Assembly: GCA_002269645.1 (NCBI GenBank)
Contig: NIVC01004167.1
Coordinates: 1-57,121, forward strand
DNA length: 57,121 nt
From: Macrostomum lignano
Lineage: Eukaryota
Direction: 5' to 3'
The translations under genes were made by a program, and so were the position numbers. Shown here one piece after another: positions 23,688 through 40,281 of the stretch. Position 1 is the first letter of the stretch. Each line of letters begins with the position of its first letter. The notes beneath the pieces are model-generated. The model was given only the letters and a program-made list of their open reading frames with translations, was not told the origin of the DNA and did not search any database.

Positions 23688-25170
23688 AGTGTCTGAGCAG
23701 TGTTTGAGCAGTGTTTGAGTAGTGTTTGAGCCGTCTGGGCAATGTCTGAGCAGTGTTTGAGCAGTGTTTGAGCAGTGTCTGAGCAGTGTTTGAGCAGTGT
23801 TTGAGCAGTGTTTGAGCAGTGTCTGAGCAGTGTTTGAGCAGTGTTTGAGCAGTGTTTGAGCAGTGTTTGAGCAGTGTTTGAGCAGTGTTTGAGCAGTGTT
23901 TGAGCAGTGTTTGAGCAGTGTGTCTGAGCAATGTTTGAGCAGTGTCTGAGCAGTGTCTGAACAGTGTCTGAGTAGTGTCTGAGTAGTGTCTGAGCAGTAT
24001 CTGAGTAGTGTCTGGGCAGTATCTGAGCGGTGTCTGAGCAGTGTCTGAGCAGTATCTGAGTAGTGTCTGAGTAGTGTCTGGGCAGTATCTGAGCAGTGTC
24101 TAAGCAGTGTCTGAGCAGTATCTGAGTAGTGTCTGAGTAGTGTCTGAGTAGTATTTGAGCAGTGTCTGAGCAGTATCTGAGTAGTGTCTGAGCAGTGTCT
24201 GAGCAGTATCTGAGTAGTGTCTGAGTAGTGTCTGAGTATTGTCTGAGTAGTGTCTGAGCAGCGTATGAGCAGTGTCTGAGCAGTGTCTGAGTAATGTCTG
24301 AGTACTGTTTGAGCAGTGTCTGAGCAGTGTCTGAGCAGTGTCTGAGTAGTGTCTGAGCAGTATCTGAGTAGTGTCTGAGCAGTATCTGAGCAGTATCTGG
24401 GCAGTGTCTGAGCAGTGTCTGAGCAGTGTCTGAGCAGTGTTGCATACTACCCTTAAGTATAAAGGCAGAGTTTTATTTATTATTCTTGCTACGTACGAAT
24501 AGCCATGTCGAGCCATAGACTCTAATGAAAAGCTATGGCTACAGGTCGTGAAGCAATCCAAGTCGATGAGCTTGGGGATAATAAAGCGAGAAAGATCAGA
24601 GCTGATCATATTTAAGACGAGCCAGACTCGCATACCATCGCTACAATTATCGTGTGTGGCTTCTTCAAGACATAACAAGCAGTATCTGAGTAGTGTCTGA
24701 GTAGTGTCTGAGTAGTGTCTGAGTAGTGTCTGAGTAGTGTCTGAGCAGTGTCTGAGCAGTATCTGAGTAGTGTCTGAGTAGTGTCTTAGTATTGTCTGAG
24801 TATTGTCTGAGCAGTGTCTGAGCAGGATCTGAGTAGTGTCTGAGCAGTGTCTGAGCAGTATCTGAGTAGTGTCTGAGTAGTGTCTGAGTATTGTCTGAGT
24901 AGTGTCTGAGCAGCGTATGAGCAGTGTCTGAGCAGTGTTTGAGCAGTGTTTGAGCAGTGTTTGAGCAGTGTTTGAGCAGTGTCTGAGCAGTGTCTAAGCA
25001 GTGTCTGAGCAGTATCTGAGTAGTGTCTGAGTAGTGTCTTAGTATTGTCTGAGTATTGTCTGAGCAGTGTCTGAGCAGTGCCTGAGCAGTATCTGAGTAG
25101 TGTCTGAGTAGTGTCTTAGTATTGTCTGAGTATTGTCTGAGCAGTGTCTGAGCAGTGTCTGAGCAGTGTC
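23688..25170. repeat. 11-bp satellite (TGTCTGAGCAG and variants) in two blocks, ~23688-24440 and ~24677-25170, split by ~235 bp of unique DNA
   Basis: Directly visible; the AQTLLRHCSDT ORFs are artefacts. Confidence 0.95.
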
Positions 25171-25652
25171 TGTGCAGCATATTAGCATTTAATCAGTTAC
25201 CAAACTGTGCCGTTATCTGCAGTGGACTGCAACATCCGTATAAGCAGTTAAATCTGATTCTAAGTTACTGAAAGTCATGCTGCGGATTGCATCAGCTGTT
25301 CGAAGCCCTTGCTCAGGATCAGAGCGAAATGAAAGTAGCAGGTTTCCTTTTATCAGGTTGCTGAAATGCCGCCAACGTACACGTACGCACATTCGTTGGA
25401 ATTTATCTAGCAAAGCGCGCAATAAAATTTTTCGAGAACAGAATTTTTACTAGTCAATTTTCTTTAGAAAATAGATAAAACAACAACTTAAAGACGATAA
25501 GATAAGGAATTGTCTTTGAAAACTGGAGACATTTTCCGTAACAGGGCTTGCAGTGAATCATTGAGAGACCTGCTCAAAAGCTTTCACGACTCGACACGAA
25601 GTAGCATATAAGAGACGTTGGGGTTTCCCGTACGCGCTAGCAAGAACAGAAG

Positions 25653-32908
<7,256 letters not shown>

Positions 32909-33049
32909 TAGCGCGATACTAAATCTATAGTATACTTACGAGCGTACTGGTAACAATATAATATTAACCCTGACTGAATTTTTTATTAATTCGTGCGATT
33001 GAAACCAATATTTTTTACAGTATATTTGTGTTTAAATGGATTAGATGGT

Positions 33050-33505
33050 GCAGGGTGAGATAAGACAGGGTGAGATAAGACAGGGTGAGATAAGACAGGG
33101 TGAGATAAGACAGGGTGAGATAAGACAGGGTGAGATAAGACAGGGTGAGATACGACAGGGTGAGGGTGGGATAAGACAGGGTAAGGGTAAGATAAGACAG
33201 ATTGAGGGTGAGATAAGAAAGGGTGAGGGTGAAATAAGATAGGGTGAGGGTGAGATAAGACAGGGTGACTGTGAGAGTGAGATAACACAGGGTGAGATAA
33301 GACAAGGTGAGGGCGAGATAAGACAGGGTGAGATAAAACAAGGTGATGGTAGGATAAGAAGGGTGAGATAAGACAAGGTGAGGGTCGGATAAGATAGGGT
33401 GAGGGTGAGATAAGATAGGGTGATGAGATAAGACAGGATGAGGGTGAAATAACACAGGGTGAGACAAGACAAGGTGAGGGTGAGATAAGACAGGGTGAGA
33501 TACAT
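33050..33505. repeat. 15-bp minisatellite (CAGGGTGAGATAAGA), degenerate toward the right
   Basis: Directly visible. Confidence 0.9.
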
Positions 33506-34493
33506 GTACGACAGGTTGATAGAAAGAACGTATAGACGGCCGAAATGATAATTTCAGGTTCAGTTCCTAAAATCGTATAAAAAATAAATTGTTGGCATCA
33601 TACTACTAAATTGCATAAGTAGAGTAGTTGCGAAAATACAGTGTCAGCAATATTTTTTATAGTTACTAGATTTTTCAGCTCTTGCATAAATATTTTGTGC
33701 TTTTCGTAGTACTTCGTGTGCTGTGCTGACTCAGTTTATTGAGGCAGGAAGATCGACAAAGTGCGTCGTACCAATATTTCTTATCTAGCGAGAATTTTGA
33801 GAAGTTTGCACAAACAGATTTCTCATTGTTGTTGTTGTTGTTGTTGTTGTTTTCCTTTAAATTTGTCATCGCCATTGTCTTTGTTTACCTACTGCTGTTA
33901 CTTATCGCTGCCTTGGGTCGCCACTATCTACTGCTATTATGCAGCTGCAGTTACAGCTTCCCATCAACCCAACTTTCCCAATCGGTTCCCATTCGATGTT
34001 TTCGGTCGGGTTTTTTAAGAAGAAAGGTCAATGATAACACCAGGCAGCTCCTCTCGGGCTGGAAGTCGGCGCAGATGCCCAGATGCCTTTTCCCTGCGCC
34101 CCCCCCCCCAGCGTCTGACATCGGGGTAGAGAAAGCACTTCCAAAGCGACCCAACAGAGCCGTTTTTTGCCATCCATCTTCACTGCGATGGCCCAGCGAA
34201 AGCAGCGAAAAAGAAACCCGTGGCTCTGCAGGTAAGGAGGCGGGTCCTGAGCGTGTTTGCCTGTCTGTCTGCCTGTCTAGCAACTATTAGTGCACAATAG
34301 TGCAAACCACTCGACTGCGAAAGCTACGAAAAATTTGCAGTTTGGTGTGGCAAGATATATAGCAAAATTATCTAATCCATTGCAGTTGTCTCGGATGCAA
34401 GCTGCAGTAAAAACATCCAAAAATTGATTTCAATAGGTGCTCCTGTCTGACAATAGGTGCTCCTGTCAGAGTTTGCTGACAATAATTAGCAGT

Positions 34494-35775
34494 AGGCGCT
34501 TAGTGTGATGGCGCTTAGTGTGATGGCGCTTAGTGTGATGGCGCTTAGTGTGATGGCGCTTAGTATGATGGCGCTTAGTGTGATGGCGCTTAGTGTGATG
34601 ACGCTTAGTATGATGGCGCTTAGTGTGATGGCGCTTAGTATGATGGCGCTTAGTGTGATGGCGCTTAGTATGATGGCGCTTAGTGTGATGGCGCTTAGTG
34701 TGATGACGCTTAGTATGATGGCGCTTAGTGTGATGGCGCTTAGTGTGATGGCGCTTAGTGTGATGGCGCTTAGTATGATGACGCTTAGTATGATGGCGCT
34801 TAGTGTGATGGCGCTTAGTGTGATGGCGCTTAGTGTGATGACGCTTAGTATGATGGCGCTTAGTGTGATGGCGCTTAGTGTGATGACGCTTAGTATGATG
34901 GCGCTTAGTGTGATGGCGCTTAGTGTGATGACGCTTAGTATGATGGCGCTTAGTGTGATGGCGCTTAGTGTGATGGCGCTTAGTGTGATGGCGCTTAGTA
35001 TTGTATGATGGCGCTTAGTGTGATGGCGCTTAGTGTGATGGCGCTTAGTGTGATGGCGCTTAGTGTGATGGCGCTTAGTATTGTATGATGGCGCTTAGTG
35101 TGATGGCGCTTAGTGTGATGGCGCTTAGTATTGTATGATGGCGCTTAGTGTGATGGCGCTTAGTGTGATGGCGCTTAGTATGATGGCGCTTAGTGTGATG
35201 GCGCTTAGTGTGATGGCGCTTAGTGTGATGGCGCTTAGTATGATGGCGCTTAGTTTGATGGCGCTTAGTATTGTATGATGGCGCTTAGTGTGATGGCTCT
35301 TAGTATTGTATGATGGCACTTAGTGTGATGGCACTTAGTATGATGGCGCTTAGTATGATGGCACTTAGTGTGATGGCGCTTAGTATGATGGCGCTTAGTG
35401 TGATGGCGCTTAGTATGATGGCGCTTAGTATGATGGCACTTAGTATGATGGCACTTAGTGTGATGGCGCTTAGTGTGATGGCGCTTAGTTTGATGGCGCT
35501 TAGTGTGATGGCACTTAGTATGATGGCACTTAGTACGATGGCACTTAGTATGATGGCACTTAGTATGATGGCACTTAGTATGATGGCACTTAGTATGATG
35601 GCACTTAGTATGATGGCACTTAGTGTGATGGCGCTTAGTGTGATGGCGCTTAGTTTGATGGCACTTAGTATGATGGCACTTAGTGTGATGGCGCTTAGTG
35701 TGATGGCGCTTAGTGTGATGGCGCTTAGTGTGATGGCGCTTAGTGTGATGGCGCTTAGTGTGATGGCGCTTAGTA
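34494..35775. repeat. 15-bp minisatellite (GATGGCGCTTAGTGT and variants), ~85 copies
   Basis: Directly visible; the MALSV/LSAIT/TKRHH ORFs are artefacts. Confidence 0.97.
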
Positions 35776-36159
35776 GAGGGCACCAGAATGGTGTTGTTGA
35801 ACATTCTGGAGTTAACCCCATAGCAAAATCCCACAAGCTGTTGGTACCAGCCGAGTGCAGTAGTTTTATTGATCGCAATTTACATTTTTCTCCTTAGAAC
35901 TGTTGGCTCTTTTTGCAATGCCGAAGTTTTTATCAATTAACTTTGGAATGTCAAGCAGTGCATACGAGTACAGCATTGGCCTGTTGACCGGATTGGCACA
36001 TCTGACTCTGACTCTAGGATAGAGAAAGTGGCGTGGAGGGAAACGGGAGCATGTGGGCTTGGAGAGTGAAAGTGAAAGAGGGACAATACGAGCGTACTGA
36101 GGAATTAAGAAGCGTAAAAACGCGAGAAAAACATTTAGGATGGAAAGAAGAGAACGAGA

Positions 36160-36470
36160 GAGTGAGAGAGGGAGAGGGAGAGCTGAGAGGAGAGTGAGAG
36201 AGGGAGAGCTGAGAGGAGAGTGAGAGAGGGAGAGCTGAGAGGAGAGTGAGAGAGGGAGAGCTGAGAGGAGAGTGAGAGAGGGAGAGCTGAGAGGAGAGTG
36301 AGAGAGGGAGAGCTGAGAGGAGAGTGAGAGAGGGAGAGCTGAGAGGAGAGTGAGAGAGGGAGAGCTGAGAGGAGAGTGAGAGAGGGAGAGCTGAGAGGAG
36401 AGTGAGAGAGGGAGAGCTGAGAGGAGAGTGAGAGAGGGAGAGCCGAGAGGAGAGTGAGAGAGGGAGAGAG
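36160..36470. repeat. 26-bp purine-rich minisatellite (AGCTGAGAGGAGAGTGAGAGAGGGAG), ~12 copies; resumes partially at 36840-36925
   Basis: AGCT at 36181 and 36207 (period 26). Confidence 0.95.
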
Positions 36471-36839
36471 GGGGGCCGTAGCCCACCGGTCTAGCGCAGG
36501 CTCTGGTGTGCCAGCGACCCAGGCTCGATTCCAAGTGCAGTCACATTAATTTGGGGCTGAATTGGAATCTCGGCTTGGCTCTGCTCGTGCAATTAACGGC
36601 CTTGAGAGCCAACCCCCCAAGGCGCAGTGAAGTGTACATGCCTAACGATAATATAAAGTTAGGGCCGCTGTACACTCCTGTGTGAGTGTGTGTCTGTGCG
36701 TATGACTGCGTACGTATCCGCGCGCTTGTATGCCTGCTCAGGGGAGTCGGCGGAATGGGCAGTAATGCCTCTCGCCGGTTGTGAGCCTATGTCGCTTAAA
36801 GTGCGCCGGGGTGCACACAACCCCTGCCTCTAATAAAAA
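36471..36839 (+). mobile_element. tRNA-derived SINE (~370 bp) inserted in the 26-bp minisatellite
   Basis: G-rich start, A box TAGCCCACCGG (36479-36489), B box GGCTCGATTCC (36522-36532) at tRNA-like spacing, A-rich end TAATAAAAA; a related copy lies at 20.5 kb. Confidence 0.7.
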
Positions 36840-37500
36840 GAGAGAGGGAGAGAGATAGCTGAGAGGAGAGTGAGTGAGGGAGAGAGAGACTGAGAGAGAG
36901 GGGGAGAGAGGGAGAGAGAGGAGAGCCTCCAATCCCGGGCACTAACACGGTAAAAAGACCAGGAGCAAAAGGTTTAAATTGTAACAGTTGCCGATATTTC
37001 GAAATTGTTATATTTCTTCGTTAGGGCAAGTGAAAAGTAGCGACAAGTGGCGTTGTAAAAGTTATTAAATAGGCGGGGTGAGAGGGGAGAGAGAGTAGAC
37101 AGGTGGATAGAGAGAGCGTACGGTATGTACACTTGGTGTGAGTCGATAAAACACTATTAGACTTAAAAATGCAAAATCACTGAATCAGTGCACAAATAAA
37201 GTGAACCGCACGTGGGCTGCAGTGAACCTACACGCGAAATAAATATTGGAGCGGTACAGCTGCACCGGTGTCTAAAAAGGGAAAGAGTGACGCTAAGCTC
37301 TTTAGAAAATAGACTTCAATAAATAAATAATGAGAAGGCCCTCAAAAACTGAAAAAAATTAAGCAATTGTACGATAAGCAGTAAAAGTGAAAGTAAAAGT
37401 AAAAGTGAAAGTGAAAAGTGTAATAAAAATGTACAGGGTGTCAAAAAACAATAGAAATGTAGATGCAGAATAAATGCTGGTCAGCTTGAAATACAAATAC

Positions 37501-37971
37501 TTGCCCTCGCGGACCCAGAAGACGGTGATGTCCAAAAAGGCCACCTCCGTGCTGCTGTAGTTGAGTTGCAGCCTAATATTCGGGTCAAGGTCATCAAGGA
37601 GTCCGTGGAAGCGGATCAGTTCGTCTTCTGTCCCGCGCCACACGCCGAAGATATCATCAATGTAACGGAGCCACAGGGCGGGTTTCTGCGGGCTGACCGC
37701 CAGGCCGTGCTGCTCCCAGTAGCCCATGTAGATGTTGCTGTAGCTGGGCGCAAACGACTTTCCCATGGCCGTGCCTTTGACCTGCAGGAAGTAGCTGCCA
37801 TTAAATCCGAAGTCGTTGCGCTCCAGATTCGGCTTGAGCAGACTGAGGAGGCTGGCATCCGGGCGCTGGCTGTCCGGGTGCGTGCTCCCTGAATGCTCTC
37901 CGCACGCACTCGAGGCCGGCTTCCGTCGGGATGTTGGTGTACAGGCTGGCAACGTCCATGGTGAACAGGTG
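37501..37971 (-). pseudogene. Penelope-like element (PLE) reverse transcriptase fragment, one frameshift
   Basis: LFTMDVASLYTNIP...(frameshift near 37885)...HPDSQRPDASLLSLL..LERNDFGFNGSYFLQVKGTAMGKSFAPSYSNIYMGYWE..WLRYIDDIFGVW..LDPNIRL..FLDITV. GTAMG and RYIDDIF are PLE RT motifs. No GIY-YIG domain seen. Confidence 0.88.
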
Positions 37972-38384
37972 CTGAGAGGAGTGTGTAAGGTGGCAGTGGA
38001 GGGTGAGACAAGCGAGTGGGCATGGAGATTTAGGTCTGTCTGAATGCCCAATTATTGCATCAGACGCATCAGTGGGCAGGAGGTACTGAGTGCCCAAGCA
38101 CCCGTGAGAGAGAGAGAGTTTGATCTGTGCAGTAGGCTGTAGGAACAAATTGAACACTGAAAGCACAGCGAAATGAATTCCGAACACCGTCTGGTCCGGT
38201 GCGTCCGTACCAGCACTCTGTGCACCACCCACCCCATTCAGCTGACAAATAAGGCAGCAAAAATATCATTCGAAAAATATTTTCAATGGCTGACTCATGC
38301 TGCACCCTGACGTCAAGGAGTTATGGGATGAAACTACCACCCTTCATGGGATTCGAAAATCTAGTAGCATCAGAGGAATTGACA

Positions 38385-40035
38385 TCAATAATCCATGAAA
38401 TAACAAGCATCTGAAATACAAACTTGTTTTTTCTTTACTCCATGCAGGAATGCTGGACTCCAGGCATCTGGAATGAAGCTGCTTACTCCATGGAATGCTG
38501 GACTCCAGGTATCTGGAATAGAAGCTGCTTACTCCATGGAATGCTGGACTCCAGGCGTCTGGAATGAAGCTGCTTACTCCATGGAATGCTGGACTCCAGG
38601 TATCTGGAATGGAAGCTGCTTACTCCATGGAATGCTGGACTCCAGCCAGGTATCTGGAATGGAAACTGCTTACTCCATGGAATGCTGGACTCCAGGTATC
38701 TGGAATGGAAGCTGCTTACTCCATGGAATGCTGGACTCCAGGCATCTGGAATGGAAGCTGCTTACTCCATGGAATGCTGGACTCCAGGCGTCTGGAATGA
38801 AGCTGCTTACTCCATGGAATGCTGGACTCCAGGTATCTGGAATGGAAGCTGCTTACTCCATGGAATGCTGGACTCCAGGCATCTGGAATGGAAGCTGCTT
38901 ACTCCATGGAATGCTGGACTCCAGGCGTCTGGAATGAAGCTGCTTACTCCATGGAATGCTGGACTCCAGGTATCTGGAATGGAAGCTGCTTACTCCATGG
39001 AATGCTGGACTCCAGGTATCTGGAATGGAAGCTGCTTACTCCATGGAATGCTGGACTCCAGGTATCTGGAATGGAAGCTGCTTGCTCCATGGAATGCTGG
39101 ACTCCAGGCATCTCCTGGAACAGCATGTACCTACCTATAATTTGACGCGTATGGCTTTCCTCAATAATAGCAATCCATGACCTTCGTTCATCCCTGCATA
39201 TCTATCGTATATTTAATAGTTTTCTACTTTGGCTACTGTTATACTCTCGTTATAGCAGCAAAATTGAACGCGAATACGGGCAATTCAAGAATGTTGCGTT
39301 CCCTTCACTCTGCCAGCATCCCAAAACTTCCCGCATCATTAAAGTTGGTTTTGATTGAAGGCAGCTCGTTCGGTGCCGTCGTGGATGAAGAACGGTCCGA
39401 TCGGCAGCAAGAGGCAGGCGGTCCAGCGCGCGCGTCCTTCAATAAAAATTTCTGGCATAAACGCTTAACACCTGCAGGTCACGGTCAGTAAAGTTCACCG
39501 AACCAGGAAGTTCACCGCATATGGCAGTTTTATGCCCTGTCTTTTATCATTCTAGTTTTCTTGGATCCTCTCTCTTCGCGGATTTGTCCTCAGTTGACCT
39601 CTTCGTTAGCTGCAGTAGTGGACAGGGACAGCTTCTGTCACCAATTTATTGCCGCTGATTTTGGAAGCAAATAATTGCAGAAAGCAAGCAAATTTATTGT
39701 TCTATTCTAATAAAAATTCTAAACGTCTACAGTACTCTCTCCGCTGGCCATCATGCACTACACGTGAGCCAAAAAAATCATTTGGAGCGCACAGAATCGT
39801 ACGGGAAGCGTATTTGACATCATGAAAAGCATTAAATATGAAAGTTAAGCTTTATTTCTTACTATGTGAGTGTATATTTGTATGATTTTAATATATTATA
39901 TACTTAGCAACACTTTAACACCCCACGCACCCCACTCGCGATGCCAAACGGCCCAAAAGTTTTGCCTGGTCTCAGCTGCCCCAAGAGTTCATCAACCGGC
40001 TGGTGATCAGGTTGCCAGGGCATTAATGATGACAT
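38385..40035 (-). CDS. Doubtful 4-exon, 115-aa gene with weak cNMP-binding-like motifs; exons 40035-39936, 39471-39309, 39193-39135, 38410-38385
   Basis: Phase-compatible GT-AG exons give MSSLMPW...LLGQLRPGKTFG...GSFGMLAEDERRSWIAIIEESHTRQIIDACYFMDY*. Splice sites were hand-picked and the similarity is weak. Confidence 0.25.
38445..39112. repeat. 45/46-bp minisatellite (ATGGAATGCTGGACTCCAGGTATCTGGAATGGAAGCTGCTTACTCC), ~14 copies
   Basis: ATGGAATG at 38581 and 38627 (period 46). Confidence 0.95.
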
Positions 40036-40281
40036 TGTATGACTTTTGTGCCGCGTGACAGCGTCAGTTAGGGGGGGGGAGCATAGATAGAAATTCTAGT
40101 GCTTCAGCATAATTTTTTAAGAAAACGGCAACGGCAACGCGGAGCAGAATAATTTCAACATTCGGGTAATAAATAAATAGCAACTAGCAATAGAAATATA
40201 TTATTCGATTATTCGAACACTATAATGTCACAGATTTGTACCGAAATTTATCCAACATAGCCAGCAGCAAGGTAGCGTGTT

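Noticed and set aside
25213-25422. 69-aa minus-strand ORF with a YTD motif (RT-like?)
   Set aside because: No other RT motifs nearby.
33739-34290. 183-aa ORF with a hydrophobic stretch and a donor-like CAG|GTAAGG
   Set aside because: The hydrophobic run comes from a (TTG)n microsatellite; no motif and no compatible neighbouring exons were found.
38040-38110. Hammerhead ribozyme beside the Penelope-like fragment
   Set aside because: CTGATG occurs twice on the - strand, but the CUGANGA core and a paired GAAA are absent.
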